Origin: Polyangiaceae bacterium
GTDB lineage: Bacteria > Myxococcota_A > Polyangia > Polyangiales > Polyangiaceae
DNA length: 64,000 bases
Assembly: GCA_050287085.1 (NCBI GenBank)
Contig: JBNKBE010000010.1
Coordinates: 128,001-192,000, forward strand
Reading direction: 5' to 3'
Shown here piece by piece: positions 49,320-59,808 of this stretch (its first letter is position 1; every line of letters begins with the position of its first letter). The translations under genes were made by a program, and so were the position numbers. A model generated the notes under the pieces. It was not told the origin of the DNA, ran no database searches, and worked only from the letters and a program-made list of their open reading frames with translations.

Positions 49320-50891
49320 TTAGCGAATGAGATCGTAGTTGTAGTCCGTCGTCATCATGCCACGTGTCTCTTCGTCGAGGCGCTCGAGCACGGCGTTGAC
49401 CAGGATGGTGAGCATCTGCATCGCGCCTTCGTATCCCATGGTGGTTTGACGATGCAGGTGATGGCGATCGAAGATCGGAAAGCCGAGCCGAATGAGCGGT
49501 ACCTCAAACTCCTTGCCCTTGTGCAGCGTGTCCCGTTGAATGAACTTGCCATACGAGTTGCCGATCATGAAGTCCGGCTTGTCCGTGAATACGAGCGAGC
49601 GCATGTGCCACAGATCAGCCCCGATATGGACTTTGCAATTGGCGCCGTAGGGGGAGGCAGCAAGTAGATCTTCGACCCCTTTGCGCCAACGCTTGTTGGC
49701 ATTGTGGCAGACGATGTGAATCGGCTCAGCGCCTAGCTCGAGTAGAAACTTGACCATGCCTCGGACGAAGTCCGGATCGCCCCACAGCGCGAAGCGCTTT
49801 CCGTGGAGCCACGCGTGTGAGTCGGTCATCATGTCGACGAGGCGGCCGCGTTCCGTGGCAAGCGAGTCCGGGATGGGCTTTCCGGTCAGCTCGCTCACGT
49901 GCATGAGCCACTGGTCGGTCCAATCGAGCCCCATGGGTATTTCGAGCGACTCCGCCTTGTGCTTCCAAGTATTCTTCACGTACTTGAGCGTCTTGACCGC
50001 TTGATTGGGTTGAAGGCACAGCGTATCAATTGCGTTCGGCGCGTCCCTGACTTCGTCGAGAGTCGTGCCGCCCGCGTACATGCGAAAGTGGCCGTCTGCG
50101 GGGGTGTCGAGCACCTCTTCCGGATCGCTCAGGAATGTATAGTCGACGTCCATTTCACTGAGCATGCGCTTGATGACGCGGAAGTTGCCCAGATACGTCT
50201 CGAACCCTGGAACAATGTTGAGCTTGCCATTGCTTCCAACACTCTTGCCTTCCATGCTGTTGAGCGTGAAGTAGCGAAGGATTCCTTCGAACATATTGTC
50301 CCAGCCGGTGACATGGCTGCCGACGAAGCTCGGGGTGTGAGCAAAGGGAGTAGGGAACTCTTGCGGAACGCGCCCGTCTTTCTTGGCGTTGTTGATGAAT
50401 GCATTCAGATCGTCGCCGATGACCTCCGCCATGCAGGTGGTGCTAACCGCGATCATGTCGGGCTTGTAGACTTCCTTGCAGTTTTGCAGGCCCGCAAACA
50501 TATTCTTCTGCCCACCGAAGACGGCGGCGTCCTCAGTCATGGAGTCGCTAACGCAGGCGATGGGTTCCTTGAAGTGACGGTTGAAGTACGTTCTGAAGTA
50601 CGCGACGCAGCCCTGGCTGCCGTGCACATAGGGCATTGTCTTCTCAAAACCCAGCGCGCACAGAACGGCACCCAGGGGCTGACAGGCCTTCGCGGGGTTC
50701 ACCGTCAATGCTTCCCGCTTGAAGTTGAGGTCCTGGTATTCTTGAGTAGTTGTCCACTGGAAGACCTCGTCGAGCTTTTCTTGAGGAAACTTCTCCTCGA
50801 ATTGGTCCGCCTTGTTCTTGAGGGTGTCCTTGTATTCCTGTTCGCGGAATAGAGGGTAGCTTGGCTTTATGTCGTCAACGGTCTGGGGCAT
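49320..50891 (-). CDS. nifK: Nitrogenase MoFe protein beta chain
   Basis: NPAKACQP, HGSQGC, TTCMAE, HTPSF, 523 aa with long Group I N-terminus, YNYDLIR. Confidence 0.99.
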   Translation of the reverse strand: MPQTVDDIKPSYPLFREQEYKDTLKNKADQFEEKFPQEKLDEVFQWTTTQEYQDLNFKREALTVNPAKACQPLGAVLCALGFEKTMPYVHGSQGCVAYFRTYFNRHFKEPIACVSDSMTEDAAVFGGQKNMFAGLQNCKEVYKPDMIAVSTTCMAEVIGDDLNAFINNAKKDGRVPQEFPTPFAHTPSFVGSHVTGWDNMFEGILRYFTLNSMEGKSVGSNGKLNIVPGFETYLGNFRVIKRMLSEMDVDYTFLSDPEEVLDTPADGHFRMYAGGTTLDEVRDAPNAIDTLCLQPNQAVKTLKYVKNTWKHKAESLEIPMGLDWTDQWLMHVSELTGKPIPDSLATERGRLVDMMTDSHAWLHGKRFALWGDPDFVRGMVKFLLELGAEPIHIVCHNANKRWRKGVEDLLAASPYGANCKVHIGADLWHMRSLVFTDKPDFMIGNSYGKFIQRDTLHKGKEFEVPLIRLGFPIFDRHHLHRQTTMGYEGAMQMLTILVNAVLERLDEETRGMMTTDYNYDLIR

Positions 50892-51014
50892 AGTGTCCTC
50901 CTGCCACTCATACGTGGCTTTCCGGGGGCGAAGTCTGGGGTGTGAAGTAGAATGATGTTGGGAGCGCCCCCGTGTTGCGCAGCACGGCGCACGTGCGCAA
51001 CCGGAGGCTTCAGC

Positions 51015-52511
51015 TCAGCTCGCAGCGCCAGCTGCAAGCGATTGAGTTGCGGTAGCGCCGACAGAGGCGCGTTGCCATGGAGCTGCGAGCTTCTTCCAGC
51101 ATGGATTGTTCAGTGTCATGTCCATGTCACGAGCGAAGATGGCGAAGCCATCGTACCCGTGGTATGGGCCTGAGTAGTCCCATGAGTGCATCTGCCGGAA
51201 GGGAATCCCCATCTTCTGGAAGATGTACTTCTCTTTGATCCCTGAGCCGATGAGATCGGGTTTGAGCGCTTTGACAAACTCCTCGAACTCGTAGCCGGTA
51301 ACATCGTCGTAGAGCAGCGTCGCGTTGCCCATTTCCTTGAGCGTGCGGTCGTAGTCGTCGTTGTGTCCGAACTCGTATCCGGTTCCTATGACTTCCATAC
51401 CGAGGTCCTCGTAGGCGCCGATTACGTGACGCGGACGAAGACCACCGACAAAGAGCATGACGCGCTTGCCTTCCAGCCGCGGTCTGAACTTCTGTACCAC
51501 TGGCTCCCACTTGGCCTTGTACTTGGCGATGACCGCTTCGGTCTTGGCCTGTATCGTTTCGTCGAAGAAGGCAGCGATCTTACGAAGAGACTCGTCACAC
51601 TTCGTCGGCCCAAAGAAGTTGTACTCCATCCACGGGATGCCGTACTTCTCTTCCATGTGTCGCGATATGTAGTTCATTGAGCGATAGCAATGAACGAGGT
51701 TGAGCTTCACCTTCGGCGTGAGCTCCATCTCGCTCAAGGTCCCATCTCCTGACCACTGTGCGACGACACGCAGTCCCATTTCCTCTAGTAGGGTACGAGA
51801 GGACCACGCGTCGCCACCAATGTTGTAGTCGCCAATGATGGCCACGTCGTATGGCGTGGACTGGAAGGAGGTATCCTCGTCGCGTTTGGACAGCACCCAA
51901 TCACGGACGGAGTCGTTGGCGATATGGTGTCCGAGTGACTGAGATACGCCCCGGAACCCTTCGCAGCGCACTGGGACAACGGTCTTACCATGTTCCGCCG
52001 TTTTCTTCTTGGAGACGGCCTCAATGTCATCACCAATGAGACCGATGGGGCACTCCGACTGGATGGTGATGCCCTTGTTGAGGGGAAAGAGCTCTTCGAT
52101 TTCGTCGATCAGCTTGGCTAGCTTCTTGTCGCCGCCGAAGACGATGTCCTTCTCCTGGAAGTCGGACGTGAAGTTCATGGTCACGAACGCGTTTACGCCG
52201 GTGGTTCCGATGTAGTAGTTGCGACGGCCAGCGCGGGAGTATTGTCCACATCCGACAGGGCCGTGAGAGATATGGATCATATCTTTCACAGGGCCCCAGA
52301 CTACGCCCTTTGAGCCGGCATAGGCGCAGCCCCGAATCGTCATCAGACCGGGCAGCGACTTCTTGTTGGACGTGATGCATTTCTTGGAGCGATCTAGCTC
52401 TGGGTCATTAGGCGAAAGATGCTTTGAGCGGTCCTTCTTGGCCTCCTCTGGGTAGATCGCGAGCACTTCTTCGATGAGGGCTTCGGTCTCTTCACGGGTC
52501 ATTTCGGGCAT
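51015..52511 (-). CDS. nifD: Nitrogenase MoFe protein alpha chain
   Basis: RGCAYAG, HGPVGC, SECP, HCYRS, GGLRPRH, YEFGH, QMHSWDY; no Group II insertion. Confidence 0.99.
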   Translation of the reverse strand: MPEMTREETEALIEEVLAIYPEEAKKDRSKHLSPNDPELDRSKKCITSNKKSLPGLMTIRGCAYAGSKGVVWGPVKDMIHISHGPVGCGQYSRAGRRNYYIGTTGVNAFVTMNFTSDFQEKDIVFGGDKKLAKLIDEIEELFPLNKGITIQSECPIGLIGDDIEAVSKKKTAEHGKTVVPVRCEGFRGVSQSLGHHIANDSVRDWVLSKRDEDTSFQSTPYDVAIIGDYNIGGDAWSSRTLLEEMGLRVVAQWSGDGTLSEMELTPKVKLNLVHCYRSMNYISRHMEEKYGIPWMEYNFFGPTKCDESLRKIAAFFDETIQAKTEAVIAKYKAKWEPVVQKFRPRLEGKRVMLFVGGLRPRHVIGAYEDLGMEVIGTGYEFGHNDDYDRTLKEMGNATLLYDDVTGYEFEEFVKALKPDLIGSGIKEKYIFQKMGIPFRQMHSWDYSGPYHGYDGFAIFARDMDMTLNNPCWKKLAAPWQRASVGATATQSLAAGAAS

Positions 52512-52549
52512 AATCCTGCTCCTTTATGAGTCCAAAAGTTGTGGTGAGC

Positions 52550-52578
52550 GGACCGGCAAGCGCGCGGCGAGCCGGTCC
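52550..52578 (-). other. nifH-nifD intergenic stem-loop
   Basis: GGACCGGC-N13-GCCGGTCC. Confidence 0.6.
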
Positions 52579-52585
52579 AAGGTGA

Positions 52586-53809
<1,224 letters not shown>

Positions 53810-53869
53810 TCATACTGCGCCGCCTCATCCCCACGACGGACTCTTCCCTCCGCGGGCCCTTGGGCTGGT

Positions 53870-54172
53870 TTAGGCGGCGCGCTGCCAGGCGACGAAGCCT
53901 CCGGCGAGGCTGTAGACGCGTTGAAAGCCCGCCGCGGCGAAGAGTCTTCCCTTGGCCATGCTGAGCTGTCCGCGAAAGCAGTAGATGAGTAGTGCTTGCT
54001 CAATCTCCCGGCGCTTGACTAGGGCGGCAATGAGGTCGTCGTGCAGGAGCATGGCGCCACTGATGTGACCAGCCTTGTACGAGTGAGCGTCTCGCGCGTC
54101 GAGGATCGTCGGGTGTTCGTGAGCAATCAGCTTCTGAGCTTCGCCGATTGTCAGTCGAATGGGAGCCTTCAT
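53870..54172 (-). CDS. Rhodanese (GlpE-like sulfurtransferase)
   Basis: ILDARD..SY.AGHI.GA, IYCFRGQLS, VYSLAGGF.AW. Confidence 0.88.
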   Translation of the reverse strand: MKAPIRLTIGEAQKLIAHEHPTILDARDAHSYKAGHISGAMLLHDDLIAALVKRREIEQALLIYCFRGQLSMAKGRLFAAAGFQRVYSLAGGFVAWQRAA

Positions 54173-54186
54173 CAGCGTTGGTCTCC

Positions 54187-54462
54187 TCAAAGTTCGAGTT
54201 CCGCGGGGGTGTGAGCGGAAATGCTTAGGGCATGAATGATGCCGGATCTCAGCTCATCGCCAAAGAGGCCAAGGAGCTGCTGCTGGCGCGCCAACTTGGA
54301 CTGCCCGGCGAACGCTTCCGACACGATGCGGAGTGAGAACGAACAGTCTTGTCCTGCGATGTACACAGCTGCATCGGGTAGCGCCGCGGTGACGCGCTGT
54401 TTGATCTGAGCGCTCGTCAGACCAGCTGGCGACGCGGGCTCAGCGAGAACTTGTAGCTTCAC
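54187..54462 (-). CDS. BolA/IbaG family protein
   Basis: DCSF, VSEAFAG, RQQ, IHALSISAHTP; GTGA overlap with grx. Confidence 0.85.
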   Translation of the reverse strand: MKLQVLAEPASPAGLTSAQIKQRVTAALPDAAVYIAGQDCSFSLRIVSEAFAGQSKLARQQQLLGLFGDELRSGIIHALSISAHTPAELEL

Positions 54463-54794
54463 GAAGCGACCTCCCGAACGGGGCGAGCCGTTATGAGGGA
54501 GATGATTTCTCCGCTGGCAACCAAGTCTTCGATGATGTCGCTCCCGCCGATCAGTTCTTGGTGGATGAAGAGCTGAGGAAACGTTGGGAAGTGCGATATC
54601 TTGGGCAGGGTTTCGCGGATTCTGGGAGACTGCAATACGTCGATGTATGCGAAGCTCAGGCCAGCGGACTGGAGTGCAGCGACCGCCTTGGCCGAGAACC
54701 CACATTGGGGGGCCTCTGGGCTCCCCTTCATGAACAAGATGACAGGGGCGTCGGCGATGTACGACTTGATGCGATCCTCAGTGGTGTTCGACAT
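54459..54794 (-). CDS. grxD: Monothiol glutaredoxin (Grx4/Grx5 type)
   Basis: LFMKGSP..PQCGFS, PTFPQLF, GGSDI. Confidence 0.93.
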   Translation of the reverse strand: MSNTTEDRIKSYIADAPVILFMKGSPEAPQCGFSAKAVAALQSAGLSFAYIDVLQSPRIRETLPKISHFPTFPQLFIHQELIGGSDIIEDLVASGEIISLITARPVREVAS

Positions 54795-54861
54795 AGTGAC
54801 TCCTTGCGATACGTGCGCACCTCATTGAGCGGGTGCGCCCAGAGGTCGGTAGAGCTTGAGT

Positions 54862-54877
54862 CGCAATTCTTGGGCCA
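54862..54877 (-). promoter_or_regulatory. Sigma54 promoter (grx-bolA-rhodanese)
   Basis: TGGCCCAAGAATTGCG on the minus strand. Confidence 0.8.
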
Positions 54878-54973
54878 CTTCTGCGAGATGCGGGGCGGCG
54901 GTCTAGCGCTTGCTTCTTCCGGAGTGATGTGGCGGCTCACTGGCGAACGGGCGTGCCAGTGACGGAGCCTTCC

Positions 54974-55019
54974 TGTGCCGTAAGAGACAATCAAACGCAG
55001 CGATGTCACCTTCCACACA
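54974..55019 (-). promoter_or_regulatory. Two perfect NifA sites
   Basis: TGT-GCCGTAAGAG-ACA at 54974-54989 and TGT-CACCTTCCAC-ACA at 55004-55019. Confidence 0.8.
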
Positions 55020-55037
55020 ATCAGGATGAGCGAATGC

Positions 55038-55239
55038 CGAGGGCCTTTCGCGACCGGGGCCCCTCGCGCCCTCACCCATCGGCATGTCAGCCGTCGAACC
55101 AATGTTCTTGGAGGCAGAGCGCGCCGTGTTGGAGGTCGGAGCGTTCGACGCACTTGACGGCGCGCCGCTGCTCGACATCAAGCCGCATACTGCCCGTTGC
55201 GATGCGCATCTGGAATCGAAGGCGCGATGGCTTGACGCC
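55038..55239 (+). pseudogene. Frameshifted C-terminal remnant of a TrmO (TsaA/YaeB) tRNA methyltransferase
   Basis: RGPFATGAPR / frameshift / PSPIGMSAV...DALDGAPLLDIKPH...WLD matches GVFATR.P.RPNPIG.S...D.LDGTP.LDIKPY; N-terminal half absent. Confidence 0.65.
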
Positions 55240-55348
55240 GTAGATGCTGCCGGAAAGAGCAGGCGAGCGCTTCTCGTGATAGAAAGCGCCCTTCGCGCCG
55301 TGGAACCGGCGGACGGGGGCTACATTGGAAGCCGAGTAGTCCAGCTAT

Positions 55349-56179
55349 CTACCCGAGAAGCGATTGCGGACGCGCCTCGATGATGGATAGCCTAAGACGT
55401 TGGCAGAAGCGTCGCTCCTTGTCGGTGGGATTGTTGAGAAGAACCCACCCGGTACTAGTTTTGTCCGCGCCGTAGGTCAATTCTGTAAGGAGCATGCGTT
55501 CGGTATCTCGTCTGAAGCGCAGTCCCACAACCAGATAGCGCTTGTCGATACGACGAGCTTTTACGAACGACGGGATGGCAAAGCCACCCATCAACTCAGT
55601 AATGTAGTCGACGAAGTCTGCATCCGAGGCAATGAAGCTTGGACTGGGAAGCGGCGTTCCTAGCGGTTTGAAGAGGACAGGTAGGGCCTTGTCGACCGCT
55701 TCAGGCGAACGCTCAACATAGCTACTTCCGGTAAACTCGAAGAGCTTGTAGCGATAGTCGGTTGCACCGATGCGGGCCACGCCCAGAATCAGTGTGTGTC
55801 TTCTCCCCTCGTAGGCCTTCTGCAGCTGTGAGTCGCGATTGGTGTCAATTATGTAGGGGAGATTCTGGGCCGCAAGCCACTGGTGAAGTGGGGACGCCGT
55901 CCACTGTCTCGTGGCGTAGGTACGCGTCAGGGAGTCTTCTACGAAGCGCCGACCTTTCTTGAGTTCAAGATTCATGGCAGCTCGCGAAAACTCGTACATC
56001 AGTTTTGGCGCCATCGGCTTGCCGGCGTTCAGCGAGAGAATCAGGCTGTCGGAGTCCGCCGGAATCGGCGTCCCATTCGCTGCGTCGACGACTCCGTCGA
56101 GCGCCTCCGGTCCGAGATAGGGAACGACGCTTCCGTTTGCCAGGCCTTGTTTGATTTCTTGGATAACTTCGAGGTTCAT
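55349..56179 (-). CDS. Nif-associated SIR2-like domain protein
   Basis: VPYLGP, MAPKLMYEFSRAAM, IDTNRD, LFKP.G, SDADFVDYITELMGGF. Confidence 0.75.
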   Translation of the reverse strand: MNLEVIQEIKQGLANGSVVPYLGPEALDGVVDAANGTPIPADSDSLILSLNAGKPMAPKLMYEFSRAAMNLELKKGRRFVEDSLTRTYATRQWTASPLHQWLAAQNLPYIIDTNRDSQLQKAYEGRRHTLILGVARIGATDYRYKLFEFTGSSYVERSPEAVDKALPVLFKPLGTPLPSPSFIASDADFVDYITELMGGFAIPSFVKARRIDKRYLVVGLRFRRDTERMLLTELTYGADKTSTGWVLLNNPTDKERRFCQRLRLSIIEARPQSLLG

Positions 56180-56183
56180 GACT

Positions 56184-57497
56184 CTACCCGTGTCCGTTGG
56201 CGGCGCTTTCGCTGGTGGGGGGGACCTGCTGCGCGCTCCATTCGCACTCCAGGTGCTGGACTTGGTCCAGGTAGAGCTCATCATCTGCGGAGCAGCGAAG
56301 CGTGCAGCGTGTTGGTCGATCGAATGGCAGTTCAAACATTGTCGGGAGCAGGGCTTTTTCCAGGACGGAACGGAGCCCTCGGGCACCCGTTTTCGCCTCC
56401 AACGCCACGCGCGCTACGCGCTTGAGCGCGGCTGTGTCGAAGTCCAGCGTCACGCCGCTTTGAGCGAACAGTACTTGGTATTGACGAGTCAGCGCATTGC
56501 GAGGTTCACGTAGAATGCTGACCAACGCTTCTTCGTCAAGTTCCTCAAGTCCTGCCAGGACCGGGAATCGTCCGAGGAACTCGGGAATGAAGCCATATGA
56601 GCGGAAGTCGCGATTCTCTGCCTGAGAGATGAGTTCGAGCATCTCGGCCTCGCCGCGGGCAACCGAGCCGGTGCTGAACCCAATGCGCTTCTCGGGACGC
56701 ATGCGCTTGGCGACGCTCTCCAAGAGCCCATCAAAGGCACCGCCGACGATGAACAGGATGTTGGTAGTATCTAGGTAGTCACGACTGTCACGTCCGTCGC
56801 GGTCCTTGCTCTTCTGCTTTGGTAGAGAGACACGATGTCCTTCGACGAGCTTGAGAAGTGCTTGTTGTACACCCTCGCCGGAGATGTCGCGCACTCCGGT
56901 CGGACCCTGGGAGCGCCGGGCGAGCTTGTCGACCTCGTCTATGTAGACGATGCCCCACTCGGCGCGGCCGACGTCACCGTCCCCGGAGTCAAGGAGGCGA
57001 TGAATGATGGTGTCCACGTCTTCCCCAACGTAACCGGCTTGCGTGAGGGTCGTCGCGTCGGCTATGGCAAAGGGGACTCCAACAAGGGCCGCCAAGCGTC
57101 TTGCGAGCAGCGTCTTTCCGGAGCCGGTCGGACCGAACAGGAGCACGTTGGACTTCTCGAGGACTACGCTGTCGTCGGCTTCGGTGGACAGTTTCGCGTC
57201 GGCACGCAGGTGCAGGCGTTGATAGTGGTTGTAGACGGCCACCGAGAGAATGCGTTTCGCAGCGTCCTGTCCGATAATGAACTCGTCGAGTTGGCGCTTC
57301 AGTTCGCGAGGAGAAGGCACGGTGGGCGCTTCACCTTTGCGCCCTCCACGACTGCCCCATGCCGACACCACACGGTGCGCACAGCGCACGCAAGCATCGC
57401 AGATATAGCCGTCTTGGCCCGCAATGAGTGGGGTTCCGGGACCTTGTGCCACGCCACAAAACGAGCAGCTGGGGGAGGAGGGGGCTCTAGTTGACAT
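56184..57497 (-). CDS. clpX: Nif-associated ClpX ATPase (ClpX2-like)
   Basis: CSFC...CDAC zinc finger, GPTGSGKT, AGYVGED, IDEVDK, IGF loop, GARGLR. Confidence 0.93.
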   Translation of the reverse strand: MSTRAPSSPSCSFCGVAQGPGTPLIAGQDGYICDACVRCAHRVVSAWGSRGGRKGEAPTVPSPRELKRQLDEFIIGQDAAKRILSVAVYNHYQRLHLRADAKLSTEADDSVVLEKSNVLLFGPTGSGKTLLARRLAALVGVPFAIADATTLTQAGYVGEDVDTIIHRLLDSGDGDVGRAEWGIVYIDEVDKLARRSQGPTGVRDISGEGVQQALLKLVEGHRVSLPKQKSKDRDGRDSRDYLDTTNILFIVGGAFDGLLESVAKRMRPEKRIGFSTGSVARGEAEMLELISQAENRDFRSYGFIPEFLGRFPVLAGLEELDEEALVSILREPRNALTRQYQVLFAQSGVTLDFDTAALKRVARVALEAKTGARGLRSVLEKALLPTMFELPFDRPTRCTLRCSADDELYLDQVQHLECEWSAQQVPPTSESAANGHG

Positions 57498-58230
57498 GAT
57501 GGGTCTCCGCGAGCACCGTCTGAACCCAACGCTTTTGTGCGGACAGCTGTCGTCGTCGTAGCAGCGTAGACCTCAACTTGGCTTCAACGTTGGAGAAGCT
57601 CTTGATATGCTCCGGAACGACTTCAAGGCACTGCACGATGTGCCATCCCATTGTCGTGCGAATTGGGACGCTCACCTCGCCCTCATCGAGTTCGAAGGCC
57701 GCCGCATCCAGTTCCTTGTAGAGCTGACCTCGCTGTATCCAGCCCAGTAGCGCCTGGTCCATCGCAGTGGGGCACTCCGACACCTCGAGTGCCAGCGTTC
57801 CGAAGTCTGCGCCCAAGTCCAGCTTGCGCTTGACCTCGTCTATTCGGAGCCTAGCTGTCTGTTCCGTGTTGTCGATAAATCGATCTTGAACGGTGATCAG
57901 AATATGTCGCAGTTTTCGCTTCTCTGGGACGAGCCAGCGTTCCGGGTAGCGGCGGTAGAAGTTCTCGAGCTCGTGTTGTTCAAGAGGCATGACATCTTTG
58001 GACACCTCCTCGAGAGTCGCCTTAAGCCATTCCTTGCGGAACAGTTCGTCCGCCACCTGCTCTGCTCGAAGATGCGTTGAAGCAAGCTGCCCGCGCAGTT
58101 CGGGATCGGTCGAAAGGAGCTCCAAGAGGACCGCCTTGCTCGGGAGTCGCGCCTTGACCCGGAGCGCTTCTTGCGTTGCGAGCAGTCTCGCAGCGAGCTC
58201 GCTGCGCTCCAATGTAGGGCGCGACGTCAC
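57487..58230 (-). CDS. nifM: NifM (parvulin-type PPIase domain)
   Basis: RHILIT, SECPTA, LG...RGQLY.ELD, GWHI; located between nifW and clpX. Confidence 0.87.
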   Translation of the reverse strand: MTSRPTLERSELAARLLATQEALRVKARLPSKAVLLELLSTDPELRGQLASTHLRAEQVADELFRKEWLKATLEEVSKDVMPLEQHELENFYRRYPERWLVPEKRKLRHILITVQDRFIDNTEQTARLRIDEVKRKLDLGADFGTLALEVSECPTAMDQALLGWIQRGQLYKELDAAAFELDEGEVSVPIRTTMGWHIVQCLEVVPEHIKSFSNVEAKLRSTLLRRRQLSAQKRWVQTVLAETHHVN

Positions 58231-58580
58231 TTGTTGGCTCCGCTGTCCGTCTGGACGTTCAGGGCTCCTTCAAGATGCGTGAGTGGGACGAACGTCTCAC
58301 CAATAGCGTTCTTCAGTACCTTAAATACGCGCTCGTCGAGGGGCGTTGATTCGACGAAGTCCTGATAGGCGCGAGCGAGCAGGGCCCTATGGACAACGTG
58401 GCGGGCGGATTCGTTCTCCGGACTTATGTCACTGCTTCGTTCCAAGTAGTCGTGGTAGCGCTGGAGGATGTGAAGGCGATTGACATGAACAACACTCGCT
58501 TCGTATGGCACCTCGAAGTAGTCGAGGAAGTCTTCTGCGGAACTGAGTTCCGACAGGGCATCGTCAAGTTCAGTCATCAT
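58227..58580 (-). CDS. nifW: NifW
   Basis: LSSAEDFL.YF, VNRLHILQR, AYQDF, FKV. Confidence 0.93.
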   Translation of the reverse strand: MMTELDDALSELSSAEDFLDYFEVPYEASVVHVNRLHILQRYHDYLERSSDISPENESARHVVHRALLARAYQDFVESTPLDERVFKVLKNAIGETFVPLTHLEGALNVQTDSGANK

Positions 58581-58594
58581 GGTGCTCTCCTTCA

Positions 58595-59767
58595 TCAGGG
58601 GCGATTTGCGTTTGGCGAGGGTGCTCGGGCGCTTGCGCCGTCGTCGGCGAGTCGACTGTTTGTGTAAAGAGCGAGTAGCTCCTTCCGACGGGGCGAACGC
58701 TTATTGACGATCGCAAAGCGGCGCACTTCGTTGAGGAGTAGCGTGCTTCGCTCCGGCTCGAGTGCGATGCCCAGGTTCTCAAAAACGCGGCTCAGGGCCC
58801 GCGTTCCGGAGTGTTTTCCGAGCACAATGGTGTGTCGTCTGCCGAGCAAGCGGGCATTGACCCCGTCGTAGTTGTGCACGTCTTTGAGCAAGCCATCGAC
58901 ATGGATACCAGCCTCATGGGTGAAGACCGCTCGGCCGACGATGCTTTTCTGTGCCGGCACGGCTCGTCCCGACGCCTTCGACACGGCTCCGGACAGAGAG
59001 CGTAGACGTTCGGTGCGCACTCCGGTGGTGCGGCCATAGAGCTGGTGCAAGGCAACCACAACCTCCTCGAGTGGAGCGTTCCCCGCCCGTTCACCTAGAC
59101 CGTTGACGGTTGTGTTGACATGCGTGGCGCCTCCGACCACCGCAGCTAGGCTGTTTGCTGTGGCAAGACCCAAGTCGTCGTGCGCGTGAATCTCGAGCTC
59201 GAGGTCGGTCGCGCTTCGCATCCGACGAAACGCGGTTGCGATACCAAAGGGCTCGGCTACGCCGAGAGTATCGGCATAGCGAAAGCGACGTGCACCTGCC
59301 GCTTGGGCAGCCTCGAGCACACGAAGAACGAACTCAGGATCGGCCCTCGACGCATCTTCTCCGCCGATACATACCTCGAATCCGAGGTCACGAACGGCTG
59401 CGGTGCACGTTGCTATCTGGGATAGGACCCAACGGCGGTCTTTGCCGAGCTTGTGATGAATATGCTGCTCCGACATCGGTACTGAAATGTCGACGATGTG
59501 AACAGGGAGACCGGCAAGGAGCGCGACGTCCGCTGGGTTGCAGCGGCTCCATACCAACAATCTCGACGGGAGGCCGGCGCTCCCGATCGCGGCTATAGCC
59601 TCCCGCTCTTCTGCGCCCATCGCTGGGATACCCACCTCGAGCTCAGGTACTCCGAGCTCGGAGAGTCGACGTGCTATAGCCACCTTTTCGTCGAGACAAA
59701 AGGCGACGCCCGCCGTCTGCTCACCATCACGCAACGTCGTGTCGTCAATGACGATATGCTGGGTCAT
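58595..59767 (-). CDS. nifV: Homocitrate synthase
   Basis: [38 protein letters not shown]. Confidence 0.96.
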   Translation of the reverse strand: MTQHIVIDDTTLRDGEQTAGVAFCLDEKVAIARRLSELGVPELEVGIPAMGAEEREAIAAIGSAGLPSRLLVWSRCNPADVALLAGLPVHIVDISVPMSEQHIHHKLGKDRRWVLSQIATCTAAVRDLGFEVCIGGEDASRADPEFVLRVLEAAQAAGARRFRYADTLGVAEPFGIATAFRRMRSATDLELEIHAHDDLGLATANSLAAVVGGATHVNTTVNGLGERAGNAPLEEVVVALHQLYGRTTGVRTERLRSLSGAVSKASGRAVPAQKSIVGRAVFTHEAGIHVDGLLKDVHNYDGVNARLLGRRHTIVLGKHSGTRALSRVFENLGIALEPERSTLLLNEVRRFAIVNKRSPRRKELLALYTNSRLADDGASARAPSPNANRP

Positions 59768-59808
59768 CAGGGCTCCTGCTGGGCGCGTGTATCCACGTGG
59801 CCCGCGTT

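Noticed and set aside
49320..52511. Alternative (V/Fe) nitrogenase or a nitrogenase-like reductase
   Set aside because: No vnfG/anfG between D and K; Mo-type motifs (GGLRPRH, HSWDY), nifEN and nifQ are present
54943..54958. TGGCAC-containing sigma54-like site on the minus strand
   Set aside because: GG-to-GC spacing is 11 rather than 10; a correctly spaced site exists at 54862-54877
55349..56179. SIR2 anti-phage defence system (Thoeris/DSR type)
   Set aside because: No TIR, HerA, pAgo or other defence partner nearby; the gene is embedded in a nif operon
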